The translations under genes and the position numbers were made by a program. Of a DNA stretch of 64,000 bases, positions 24,440 to 37,580 are shown in pieces; position 1 is the first letter of the stretch, and each line of letters begins with the position of its first letter. The DNA is from Lytechinus pictus (Eukaryota), in contig NC_087245.1 of NCBI RefSeq assembly GCF_037042905.1, positions 36,520,001 to 36,584,000 on the forward strand. The letters run 5' to 3'. The notes under the pieces were generated by a model. It searched no databases, was not told the DNA's origin, and saw only the letters and a list, made by a program, of their open reading frames with translations.

Positions 24440-26340
24440 TAAATATAGAAGAAGTAGTCGATGTAGAAGTAGTAGATGTAGAAGTAGCAGATGTAGAAAT
24501 AGTAGATATAGAAGTAGTAGATGTAGGAGTAGTAGATGAAGAAGTAGTAGATGTAGCAGTAGTAGATGTAGAAGTAGTAGATGTAGAAGTAGTAGATGTA
24601 GAAGTAGTAGATGTAGAAGTAGTAGATGTAGAAGTAGTAGATATAGCAGTAGTAGATGTAGAAGTAGTAGATGTAGAAGTAGTAGATGTAGAACTAGCAG
24701 ATGTAGAAGTAGTAGATATAGCAGTAGTAGATGTAGAAGTAGCAGATGTAGAAGTAGTAGATGTAGAAGTAGTAGATGTAGAAGTAGTAGATGTAGAAGT
24801 AGTAGATGTAGAACAGTAGAAGTGGAAGTAGTAGATGTAGGAGTAGTAGATGTAGCAGTAGTAGATGTAGCAGTAGTAGATATAGCAGTAGTAGATGTAG
24901 AAGTAGTAGACGTAGAAGTAGTAAGTAGCAGATGTAGTAGATGTAGAAGTAGTAGATTTACAGACATAGTAGATTTAGGAGTAGTAGATGTAGACGTAGT
25001 AGATGTATAAGTAGTAGATTTAGACGTAGTACATGTAGACGTAGAAGTAGTAGACGTAGAAGTAGTAGATGTAGAGGTAGTAGATGTAGAAATAGTAGAT
25101 GTAGAAGTAGTAGATATAGCAGTAGTAGATGTAGAAGTAGTAGATGTAGCGGTAGTATAGATGTAGCAGTAGTAGATGAAGAAGTAGTAGATGTAGAAGT
25201 AGTACATGTATAGAAGTAGCAGATGTAGAAGTAGTAGATGTAGAAGTAGTAGATGTAGAATTAGTAGATGTAGAAGAAGTAGATGTAGAAGTAGTAGATG
25301 TAGAAGTAGTAGATGTAAAAGTAGTAGATGTGGAAGTAGTAGATGTAGGAGTAGTAGATGTAGCAGTAGTAGATGTAGCAGTAGTAGATGAAGAAGTAGT
25401 AGATATAGCAGTAGTAGATGTAGAAGTAGTAGATGTAGAAGTAGTAAGTAGCAGATGTAGTAGATGTAGAAGTAGTCGATTTACAGACATAGTAGATTTA
25501 GGAGTAGTAGATGTAGACGTAGTAGATATAGCAGTAGTAGATGTAGAAGTAGTAGATGTAGAAGTAGTAAGTAGCAGATGTAGTAGATGTAGAAGTAGTC
25601 GATTTACAGACATAGTAGATTTAGGAGTAGTAGATGTAGACGTAGTAGATGTATAAGTAGTAGATTTAGACGTAGTACATGTAGACGTAGAAGTAGTAGA
25701 CGTAGAAGTAGTAGATGTAGAGGTAGTAGATGTAGAAGTAGTAGATGTAGAAGTAGTAGATATAGCAGTAGTAGATGCAGAAGTAGTAGATGTAGCAGTA
25801 GTAGATGAAGAAGTAGTAGATGAAGAAGTAGTAGATGCAGAAGTAGTAGATGAAGAAGTAGCAGATGTAGAAGTAGTAGATGTAGAAGTAGTAGATGTAG
25901 AAGTAGTAGATGTAGAAGTAGTAGATGTAGAAGTAGTAGATGTAGAAGTAGTAGATGTAGCAGTAGTAGATGTAGAAGAAGTAGATGTAGAAGTAGTAGA
26001 TGTAGAAGTAGCAGATGTAGAAGTAGTAGATGTAGAAGTAGCAGATGTAGAAGTAGTAGATGTAGAAGTAGTAGATGTAGAAGTAGTAGATGTAGAAGTA
26101 GTAGATGTAGAAGTAGTAGATGTAGGAGTAGTAGATGTAGCAGTAGTAGATGTAGCAGCAGTAGTAGATGTAGATGTAGCAGTAGTAGATGTAGAAGTAG
26201 TAGATGTAGCAGTAGTAGATGTAGATGTAGCAGATGTAGAAGTAGCAGATGTAGAAGTAGTAGATGTAGCAGTAGTAGATATAACAGTAGTAGATGTAGA
26301 AGTAGAAGATGTAGAAGTAGCAGATGTAGAAGTAGTAGAA
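24440..26340. repeat. 15-bp minisatellite, consensus GTAGAAGTAGTAGAT, about 1.9 kb
   Basis: Direct observation; variant units (GCA/GGA/ATA/GAC) and higher-order duplications. Confidence 0.98.
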
Positions 26341-27312
26341 AGATTGGAAACATTATACCAATTTGAAGCATACATTCTATCCTTTTATACTATGCAAAAT
26401 TTTGTTAGCAATTCAAATTCAATCTTTCAATATAATTTTTACAAAAAACAAGGGGATTAAGGTCACTTCATGAAACAATGCGTACCATGCGCATTGTTTT
26501 TAGCTGCACAAACCACCGTTTGAGCCAGTTCTTAAAAAAATTATCCAATGCATATGCACAACACCTTTAGGGTGGGTTTGGGCGGGTAATTGACCTCTAT
26601 GTGCCACTCCGGAGACTGCTTCAGTACAGAAAGAATCGTTTGTGCCACCTCATAAAATCAAATGAGTGGTATGGGTCATTTCTTGCAAAATTTACTCTTT
26701 TTCTTTACATAATACAAATTTTGATGTAAAATTTTGTCATTCTATTGAGTTAATGACAGCCAGAAAGTGCAAAAAGATCAATTTAGAAAATTTGCCAAAA
26801 ATTAGGTTTATTCCAGTTCGTAAAATCACAGACAATTTAGAGAAAAAATGCAGAAAGCAGAACAAACCATGACACATATGCCTTTAAATACTTCTTTGAC
26901 CTTGCCATATTTCCATTAGAATATTAACTTCATGCTTGAAAGGTAGAGAGATCATAGACATGATTGATCATTTATTTTACACATGACCTACTTGAGTTTT
27001 ACCATTATGACCTCGTAGTCTTTCCGTGTATATAATGCACATTTAATTACACAGGATATTGTATGTACCCTCTTATGACATGCATTCCATTCAGTTGGTG
27101 TTTACATTAGAGCGTAGGCTGAAGGTTGCGTGGACCTACAACGTAAGATTGCATTGATAATTGGACATCCATAATGGTCTGTATTTTATTTTTAAGGCAA
27201 CAACAGCTAGATCCATACCTGTCTTTACTTGCACCATGTATATATTTGGCACATGCACTTTACCCTTGTGACACACACTTCACCAAGTTCGGCAAGAATC
27301 TTCAGGATTGAA

Positions 27313-27600
27313 GGAAGAAGACTACAAAGAAGAAGAAGAAGAAGACAAAGAAGAAGAAGACGAAGAAGAAGACAAAGAAGAAGACGAAGAAGAAAGAAGA
27401 AGATGATGAAGAAGAAGAAGAAAAGAAGAAGACAAAGAAGAAGAAGATGACAAAGAAGAAAGAAGAAAAAGAAGAAGACAAAGAAGAAGATGAAGAAGAA
27501 GAAGACAATGAAGAAGAAGGAGGAGAAGAAGAAGAAGGAGAAAGGAAGAAGATGAAGGAGGAGGAGAAGAAGAAGAGGAAGAAGAAGAGAAAGAAGAAAG
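27313..27600. repeat. (GAA)n purine-rich microsatellite
   Basis: Direct observation. Confidence 0.95.
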
Positions 27601-28355
27601 ACCTGGAACTTTCATTTTCCCAACCTGGCTATCATCTACTGAATTATGACATATGAAATACAAGTGCTTTAATATAGCCTTAATTTACACCTAGTTTTAA
27701 ATTGTAGTCAGTCATGCCTGAATAATCATGAATCATCAAAATGCAGTAATGTATGCACACTTTTAGACTTTGCTGTGATCATTAAAGCGTAACTCACAAT
27801 GCCTCAGAGACTTATTTCTTATTTTTTCTGAGAGATGATTATGATATCCTTTCATATTAAAATTGATATGTGCTTTCTTATTATTTCATTTGGTATTGTA
27901 ATCATTTTGCAAACGTTTTTTGACGAGCATTATTTGACTAATATGAAATAAATTCATGATCTTGATTTTGCTTCACATAATGAAACCAGCATTGGCCTTG
28001 TGCAATTTTTTTTTTATGGGGGGGGTGATGGTCCCTAGATGCACATTTGTAACAATTTTAGCTTGCTGTAGTTATTTTTTCCTTACCATGGCAACCAAGG
28101 TTTTTCAGACTGTTGCACCATAATTCATAGCTGCTTTTCCTGAAGTGCATTTCAACATGCTCCATTATTTTTCACATCGATGGTATCTGCGTAATATTCT
28201 TTCAACTTCAATCAGCCATACTCCCGACGTCATGCGAAGGTTACCTTGGAAAGAATTACAAAGTCAAATGAATTTCCAGGTAATCGTGAAAATCCCAAAG
28301 ATGTGTAAATTATGCTTTCGTGGATGAAATTCCAAATGATGCCGTGCATACCTGT

Positions 28356-28369
28356 GTTACCATGGTAAC
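28356..28369. promoter_or_regulatory. Candidate RFX X-box (GTTACCATGGTAAC)
   Basis: Perfect 14-bp palindrome matching GTTNCCATGGNAAC; near-matches at 28082 and 20918. Confidence 0.4.
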
Positions 28370-30577
28370 CCACTATTTTCAGATTTATGAGATATTCTGC
28401 TTTCCATTCAACCAAATAATTGCTTGTAGGCTTTAAATTTGTGTAAGATCTTAAGTTTTACTGGAAGTTTTGGGCCATTTTGACTCATTTTAATGAAGTG
28501 TGACTTTATACTTAAAATCATCACAGTGTTCATGTAGCTTCGGGTTTTGAAACCGAAAAAAGAAGAGGTATTTAGCTACCTGACTCAATTACATGTGTAT
28601 ATTGTATCAGGATATGATCAGACTAATTGCCATAATTTGATTTAAGGACCAAATATAAATTGGTCTTTCAATGAATTTGGGGAACAAATTGTGACATTTC
28701 AGCATAACTCAAAACTAATTATACTATACATTTTATTGTTTGTTGGCTTTACTTTTTTTGTTAGACAAAGTCTCTTAATCTTGAGACCATGGGAAATATT
28801 TGACATGATTGAAGTTAATTGAAAAAAAATATATATTTTCAGTGTGAGGACTAAAAATGGAAATAGTCACTAAGTTAGATGAACATTGCAAAAATGAAAT
28901 TTCATAATTTCTCCAATTATTTATATCATTAATTTTTTTGATAACTTCATGCCCGAATTTGCCTTAAACATTTTGTATGAGGCAAAAAATAATCAATTAG
29001 AGTTGTTTTATTCATTGATAGAAATGTGTTATTTCAGCGGTCTTCGGTGCGGGGCAAGAAATATTTACACATGTGCTGGCTTGCTGATGTAATTACTATC
29101 AAGTGTAACTTTTCTGCTGCAAGCATTCATCGGCGCAATTCTATACGTGAGACGAGACGTTTCCTGCATTGATCAAATTAAACAGAAGCTTTGAATTGCA
29201 TTGAATAGCTGTAATCAAATAATGGATTTAACACTCCTGAAAAAATTCCAGCTGAGTTACGCTAGATGTTGCAAATGCCACATTTGAAGAGAATCTGATT
29301 ATGCATTTTTTTTAATGAAAAAAAACATTCATTACCCAAGTGCGTGTCATATTGATAAATAAATATGAACTAAATATAAAAAAAATCTTAAATCTATATC
29401 TTTGTAAGAGATAACCATAATGTTTTAAAGGCTTCAGTCAAAATTATTGCTCCCTGCAAATGCTTTCTAAAATGGAAAAGAAAATACGGGAAGAAAACTT
29501 TCAGTGTGCAAAGTGTGGATAGTAGCACTTTGGATGCATGGGAGCTGTTTTGAAAAACAGCGGCCTCCCTCATCTCTCCCACTCTCTCTCTCTCTCTCTT
29601 TTTCTCTCGTGTATACATTTAAGGTATTGGATTATTCATGACGATGGGTCATTTGATTCCTATGAGAGCTTTAATGAGGTTCGCTCAGACCGGTCAGAAC
29701 TACGCTGATAAATCATGGTAACATGAGCTTATTACCACTCTCAAACTCCATCAAGAATCTCTCCTCTCCGTATTCAGTGTCCCCCTCTCTCTTTCTCTCT
29801 CTCCCTCTCTCTGTATGTTTCCCTCCCTCTTTCTCTATCTCTCCCACCCCATCCATTGGTCCCCTTCCCTTTTTTTCAATCCATTTACTCCCTCCTCTGT
29901 CTCTTTATCTCTCCTTTTTTCCTCTGTTTCTTTCTTTCTTTCTTTCTCCATCTACTCCTGTCTGTCTCTCTCTCTCTCTTTCTCTTCCTGCTTCACTGAG
30001 GATGTGCTTTTGGGTGATCATTCTGAAACTCACATTGCTAAATAGCAGTATATGAAATTCTTGTGAGTATTGTGTTTATTTTGTTCAGGCTGGAGAGAGA
30101 CAAACATTTAATATGTGATTTCAAATCATTAGTGAGACATGCTGTTTATGAAGTAAACCACCATATAGGTCTTAACCAAAGTGATGTTGTGATATTGTTT
30201 TTTTTTTCATTGAAACAAATGTTTTTTTTTAAATCAAACCCATTTCATGGTACATTCTTTGAGCATAGACATTAATGTCAGCAATATCTTTACAAATATC
30301 TTTGAACACCATCAGATGAAAGCATTTTGAAATTTCCTCTTTCCAGCTGATAATTACAACGTCAATTCATTCAAGGAAGCAAGGCAGTTCCCTTTCCTGG
30401 AACGGAGTGCAAGCTTGAATAGTCACTGTCTCTCTATTCAGTATGCATGTCTAATTAGAATTCTGCATTCCCAGCAATGACAGAATGATGCTAGAGGAAT
30501 AAAAATTATCTTTAGGTTATTTGAATAGTAAAAACTCATGACTATGATGACAAATTACAATATTTGTGATAACAAGG

Positions 30578-30609
<32 letters not shown>

Positions 30610-30688
30610 GACGAAGATGATGGTGATGATGATGATGGTGATGATGATAATTTATGATGATAATTTATGATGATGATGATGATAATGG

Positions 30689-30747
<59 letters not shown>

Positions 30748-30840
30748 TTAATGGTGATGATGATGATGTTAATGGTGATGATGATGATGTTAATGGTGAT
30801 GATGATGATGATGAAGATGATGATGATGGTGATGATGATG
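30578..30840. repeat. (GAT)n microsatellite
   Basis: Direct observation. Confidence 0.95.
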
Positions 30841-31358
30841 AATTGTGGTGGTAAAAAATGATCAAAATAAAATTGACGATGATAATAAAAACAATGTGGT
30901 CAGTATACAAATAATAATGCCAATGATAATAGTATGGTATAGGAAATGGTAATCATGACCATGGTATAAAGGGTTATGATAGTGATAATGATGATGTATT
31001 GAGTCAGTTAGGATAATGAAAACTGACAACAGTAGTCAAGTACTGAACTTACTTGAATGTGCTTTATAATGCTACTAATATTATACTACCTGCTATACTA
31101 CATGTAGATGCGTTTGTGTTTGCATCCTCTATGACATGACAAGCATTACAAATTAAAGCTCTCCATAAAAAAACAGAGTAAGAAAGCACTCTCTTAATTC
31201 AGAAAGGTCATGAATTGTTCATTAAGAAGCATTTAAATAAATGAATAAACAAACAAATGAATGAATAAATAGATAAATGAATGAATGAATAAATAAATAA
31301 ATAAATGATGAATAAATGAAACATTTTGGTAGCCACAAAAATATCGAAGGGTGTTTTT

Positions 31359-31744
31359 AATAATGATAATATTAATAATGATAATAATGATAATGATAAT
31401 ATTACTTACATTTATATAGCACTTAATAGTTTGTGCTTCTACGCATTTTACATGGAATTATCATTACCCTTGTTATTAGATCTCTCACTGAAAGTGCACC
31501 ATCTTCACCCCCTGGGGGATGGGGGGGGGCATCCTGACCTGGTAACTGTTTTATTAACGGTGCACACGTGCCAATGTAATCACATTGACTTTCACATCCT
31601 ACTGGGTACCCATTTCACCGCTAGGCGGAGAGTGACAGATGTGGATAAGTGCCTTTCTAAAGGACATTCGCGCTGCGTGGGATTCGAACCCTCAACCCTC
31701 GGTTTAAGAGTCAAGTGACTGAACCACTACACCTCAACACCTCC
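31359..31744 (-). mobile_element. Near full-length tRNA-derived SINE
   Basis: Minus-strand head gtgtagtggttcag...GGTTCGAATCC, core aaatgggtaccc, gggtaat tail and (ATT)-type repeat. Confidence 0.8.
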
Positions 31745-33851
31745 TTGACAATAATAATGATTCCATCTCACCTCAGAGGGCTGATAAGGACAAATGATTT
31801 GAATCAGCTAATTAACTTAAGATTAGGTTAAGCAGATTACTTAACACGGAGTCTGACTGTAATGACTGCATTTATTGGATGTCTCCAGCAAAGTGATTAA
31901 TGGAACATGTAATTCTATAGCCATTGGCTAAAATGGCTTTACTTGTAATTACTCTCATTGGTTATAACCCTGTAAGGTTATGGTCTCATAAGGCTTAAAG
32001 TCTTAGAAATTTATAATGCTATACAAATCATGATGTTTTGATATTTCATCATTGTAAAGGGTGAGTGAGAAAATTCACCAGGGTTTTCTTTTACAATATT
32101 TTTCTTACTGCTTTCCATGTAAGCTAAATTAAATCAGCAAAATTGATATTCTCTGTTTTTTGTTCAGAAGTGAAGTGTAGGAAGGGGGGTGTAAGTCTCA
32201 CCCAAAATATGTACCATGATTTTTCTGTTATACACACTGAATTCTTAAAAAGTAAAACAAATTGTCAAATCAGAATTTATTTTAAAAAGATTAAGGGTTG
32301 TCCGCAAAAAGAGTCTGTGGTTGTGTTTTTCCCTCTCTCTTCCTCCCTCTCAAAAGACTCATTGAATTTAAAAAAAACGAAGAGAAAAGTACATTCTGGC
32401 ATGGCATTTTTATCAATCACCAGATTCTAAATGCAAATGAATTAAATAAATTAGCATTAGGAAAAAGACATCACTCATTAAGATGCATCCCTGATGTGGC
32501 TAAAGAAGCGGGATACAGAGAGAGAGAGAGAGAGCCAGATTTTAATTTCCCCCGTATTCTCATGTTAGCAAGATAAGCCTGTATTTTTCTCATTTAACCC
32601 ATTAAGGTAAAAGGTCTTCATGTAGAAAGTGAAAGCCTTATTAAATATTCAAGTCTGTGTGAGTCATGCCAAATCACTCGCCGATCGGGAGCAAAGGTGC
32701 CCGTCGCCGGATTCTCTCGGCAGACATGTTGCATGGCGGCACCGTCGGCTCAAGACCAGCGCGATGGAACGGCAAGTATATAAATCATCAGAGTGCCCGT
32801 TATATGCATTTGTTGATTGGCATATCATTTTTCATGAGGGGAAGAATATTTAGAAATTTATTGTGTGTGAAGTTTATGCTTTGGCTGCTAGATATCAGTA
32901 TAATGTTGTATTAACATGCCAACCGCTATCAGCTAAGCTTTGCACAAATACTGGTTCATGTTAACATCGTGTCATGTTATGGGTCGCCATGATCGCTGTC
33001 GGCATTTTTTTCTCTAGTATCTAAGCCGTACATCACATAGCTGAAGAATTATTTTACTATCCGTGTTTGATATCGAAAGTGAATTTACATTCATTTTTTC
33101 ATCGATTGGTCATCACTGATAAAGGTTGAGTAAAAAGTTGCCCAATATTGGGTAATAATAAAAACATGCATGTTTGTTGAGTAATACGGCACATTTCATG
33201 GACATAATTTTTACACAACATTGCATAAAACTGACTCAGCATTAGGTGTTCTTTTACCCAATAACCATGCATGTACCCTTTTAACTCTATTTGGTAAACC
33301 TTTATTCCTAGTGCATTTGCAGAACAGCACAATTGTATTATAATGGACATGGGATTTTGACAAAAGTATAGAAGGTTTCTTCTTGTTAAAAAAAATTGAA
33401 TAGATATAAATTATTGTGTAAAAAAAATCAAGGAAAGGGGTAGTCTAGCTATTTCATTATCTTAAGAATATACAAACAGATGGTGTTTCGTGAAACGAGT
33501 GATTTTTACTGACTAATAGTTATAAGCTACTGAAATCCTTGTATCCGATTGGCTGAGACCCCAAAGTTTCATGAAATGCTGCCTATATGGCCTTCCTCAC
33601 CCTCCCCTTTCGGTGAACCCCAAACCTTTTAGCCGTACACTTCCTATTTCTCCCATGAATATATCAAAATGCATCCTTCAATGTTTGGAGTGTATTTATC
33701 TTTGACAAGCTTCATCTTAACAAATATTGAATTGCCATATGAGATGGATAAATGTGCTCTTGAAAATCCTTTCCTGCGCATGCATTGCATTCGACAATCC
33801 AGATGCATATATACAACACAGACGTTGAGAGGTGTATGAATTCATCTGTAG

Positions 33852-34068
33852 CAGGGGTGGATCCAGGATTTTCCAGGGGGGGGGGGCATTTTGTACAGGC
33901 AAAAAAATAAAGGTCTTCACTACAAAATCAAGGTCATTTTCTTCTAAGAAAAATTTGACAAGCAAAAGAAAAAGGTCCTCACTTGCGTATACATGACATA
34001 TTCCCCTAAAAATATTTTTGGGGCCTCTCAAAAAAGGGGAGAGGGGGCACGGGCCGGATCCGCCAGTG
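33852..34068. mobile_element. hAT-like MITE with perfect 8-bp TSD
   Basis: CAGGGGTGGATCC ... GGATCCGCCAGTG flanked by ATCTGTAG on both sides. Confidence 0.85.
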
Positions 34069-36937
34069 ATCTGTAGAATAATGCGAGAGTTGCAGCTAAT
34101 ATAAAACAAGATTCTGTGGCTGAGTTGTGTGAGGTGCTACACGCATGAGCAGCTGTATATATTGCTCTTTTAGATTTTAGCTTACATTAAATAAACAGAA
34201 CGTATGCACAAGTTTAAAAAAACAACAAACATGAACAAGCAACTTCAATCAGTTTCTTCAAAATACAGAATTTTTTACATCTTTTTTTTGTAGTGGGTGG
34301 GTGGGAAGAGAAAGTTGACGTCATGATTCTATTTAGAATTTTGTGATGAAATTCTGCGTGCTCAAATATATGCATTCACTTTCCACTAGAGAATCTGTTT
34401 ATCAGCAAGGGGAAATGAGATGAAGTTTTCCAATATTCCCAGTGATGCAACTCTTTGCATCCCTGCCCCCTCCGAAAGAGAAAGACGTTATTGCTTTTAT
34501 GCAGTATTCCTTGAGAAGTTGACAGTTCCCCCTGCTCTCTATAAAAATCATTATTATTTGTTCTGTGTTTGTGTTTGATTGGATTTTTGGATTATGTATA
34601 CAATATATATACATCATCCATAAGATATTGTCATCAGAATGCATTTATGCCAGTGAGTGCAGCCAGTCTCGGGATTCTGTTTTTTGTTAAGGAATTGAAA
34701 TAGCAGATATTTTTTGGGGAAAAAGAAATGATCTTGTATAAATTCTCACCAGATTGGGCAAGTAGATTTATATTTGACAGAGAGTGGAGTATTTACTCTG
34801 CAATTTATGATTCATTTGGATACTGTTTTGGATTCAGGTGAGGATTGGCTTTCAGAATATGTGTTACAGATGTAAATGTCACTTATGTGGGATTGCAAAT
34901 GACTTCATTACATTTTGCTGCTGAATAAAGAAGATCCGGCACCCATCTATCCTTTTCTTGGATTCATTACTTTGGATTTATTTTCATATTCTCTGCATAT
35001 TTATTGGATGATCGACTACGCTGGGTACTTTTAAAAGGAGAGGAGGCTCTGCACATCAGTTTGCAATTGTCTCAGTTGTGATATATATATAGTTCGACTC
35101 ATAAAAAGATAGTGAGGAAAAGGTATCGTAATTGAAATCACATTTCATTTAAGCTTTGAATGTTCTGTTTTTAGAACTATCCCAGTTTTTGTGACTGATA
35201 AGAATATATTTCATCATGTTGTTCAAGACTACAGCAAATGTGAAAATGTTACACTGCAGTAGCAATTTCAGCAGTAATATGACCTTTCTTCAGTGTGTGT
35301 ATAATTCATACATAACATGATGTTGATGCCATTAGTTGTACGTAGAGTAATTTCCAATATATTTTGCATTTTGAACAGAAATCGTTTGTTTCATTAGGGA
35401 ATAAAGTATTTTTTATTAGTATCTGTGTTCACTCGAAACAGTAACTATGGATGCTGGGTGTGTTGTTGTGTAATGCAATGACTCATGATTTTAATACTTT
35501 TTGAGATATGAGTCATCTCACAGTCATATAAACTGTTGCATGTCTTTATGCCAGGTGTATCATTTATCTCTTCATTTACTCTAATAGGAATATGAGAATG
35601 AAATTAAAATAATGCAAAAGTTTTGCTCAGTTGCAGAAATGTTTAATTTGTGGGATATATTGGCTGTTTATTATAAAAATATCTGTGTTCAAGACATTTA
35701 GTATAAAATATGATGTTTTTCTAAACAGGTGACTCATTTAATGGCTAAATCTTTTGTTTTGTTAAGAATATGGGAATGAAATTGAAATGATACAGGATCG
35801 AGTTCTGCCAGTTGCAGAAATTTGCCATTTTAATGGAATTTCTCTGTACCAAAACATGAAGTACAACTTATGCTTATTGCAGAAATATGAATTTGCGAAA
35901 AAAAAATTTGTTTTGTTTCGAGTTTTTTAGCGGGGGTATTTGTATTTTCCTAAAATTTCTATTTTGGCTAACAATACCTTGGAAAATCTTCAGAAATGTA
36001 CTTTAAGTGGGGTATATTTTTGTTTTTATTTAAAAAAAAAAATCGATATCGGTCATGAATGGAATAAATTACCTTCCGATATAACTTTATGAAGAAATGG
36101 GATGTCTATGGTTACTTTAGTCGATGCTTAGATTTGCCCCGGCATAATGAAGTGCTATGAGTTGATGTTTCCATTTATTGTCTTTTATTCTGTTTCTGTT
36201 TCTGTTTATGGTAACTCCCATAGGAACTCGGCAGGACAGCGTTTTGCTGGTATTCTTTGACATTGTGCTGCTTTTCCATATTGAGGAAGTTAAATTATGT
36301 CATCTTTGGATCTAAGAAAGAGTTTGGTTTCAAGCAATCAGAATGCAATTAATTTAAATGAAATAAATTGCGTTTAGAAAGCAAATTCAATTTATTTCCA
36401 ACAAACAAAGAAAATATAATACAAAATCATTACATACAGTATGGCCTCATTGAATATTATGTATTCAAAATTTGTTTAATATCATCCATCCTTTATTGCA
36501 TCTGATAATATAACGATGTTTTCATCCCCCCCCCCTCCCCCCGAAAAAAAAATGACCACATAAATGAAATACGTGCCTCATCATCAAAATTAGTCAGATA
36601 TTTGACACATGCTTGCCTGTTCACTGCTTTTAGACGCAGGTTTCTCGAATCCAAGTTATATATTGATTTCACAGCACTGGAAACGATATAAGGCTGAAAG
36701 CTTTTCCTATTCACATCGTCGACCCAGACAATTATAATGCAGATTGTCTGTTCAATGTGGTAGCACCTTCGCATAAGCTGCTGACACCGGACTATACGCT
36801 CGCTTCTGTCTGAATGTACTGATTGAGTATTTGTTAGTGATCTTGTATTGGATTTTTGGCTTGTTTATTAAAGGATTTACTAATGCATGTTGTTTGATTG
36901 ACATCTTCGTACCATACACAGTTTGCAACAGTATTAA

Positions 36938-37580
36938 AGGGATGGTCCGGGCTGAAAATATTTATATCTTGATACATAGAGTAGAATTCACTGAACAAAA
37001 TACCAAAAATGTCATCAAAATCGGATACAAATAATAGAGTTATTGAAGTTTAAAGTTTAGCAATATTTTGTAAAAACAGTTGTCATGAGTATTCATTAGG
37101 TGGGCTGATGATGTCACATCTCCACTTTTCGTTTTGTTATGTTATTACATAAAATCATAATTTTTTCATTATTTCATACTTGTGTGAATAATATGTCTCC
37201 CTTATAATGAAATAAGTTGCACCAATAAATATCTAATAATAATAATAATAAACAGTTCTTGTATAGCGCATATCACATTTATGAATAATGTCTCTATGCA
37301 CTAAATCAGTTGTCAATCCAATTTTTCTAGTTCCTGGAGGAAAAAAAAATTGAATAAACCTAATTTCATATAATAAAATACAAAAGAACAAGTGGGGATG
37401 TGACATCATCAGCCCACCTAATGAATATTCATGACGACTGTTTTCACAAAATATTGCTTAACTTTAAAATTCAATAACTTTGTTATTTGTTATCTGATTT
37501 TGGTGAAATTTTTGGCATTTTGCTCAGTGAATTCTACTCTATTTATTAAGCTATAAATACTTTCTGCCCGGACCATCCCT
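36938..37580. mobile_element. Kolobok-like palindromic MITE with long imperfect arms and a small retro-tail insertion (about 37235-37300)
   Basis: TTAA-AGGGATGGTCCGGGC ... GCCCGGACCATCCCT-TTAA; arms remain complementary for roughly 200 bp or more. Confidence 0.88.

Noticed and set aside
24440..26340. CRISPR-like array
   Set aside because: Contiguous tandem units with no unique spacers, no cas genes and a eukaryotic context.
24355..26375. Long ORFs (VEVVD repeats, Thr/Ser mucin-like 451 aa, poly-LH)
   Set aside because: They arise from the 15-bp minisatellite; the G-poor minus strand trivially lacks stops; there is no signal peptide or flanking gene structure, and unit variants are mostly non-synonymous.
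27229..27663. Poly-R/E/K/S ORFs (also poly-D/M ORFs at 30654-30910 and 47667-47994)
   Set aside because: Translations of GAA/GAT microsatellites.
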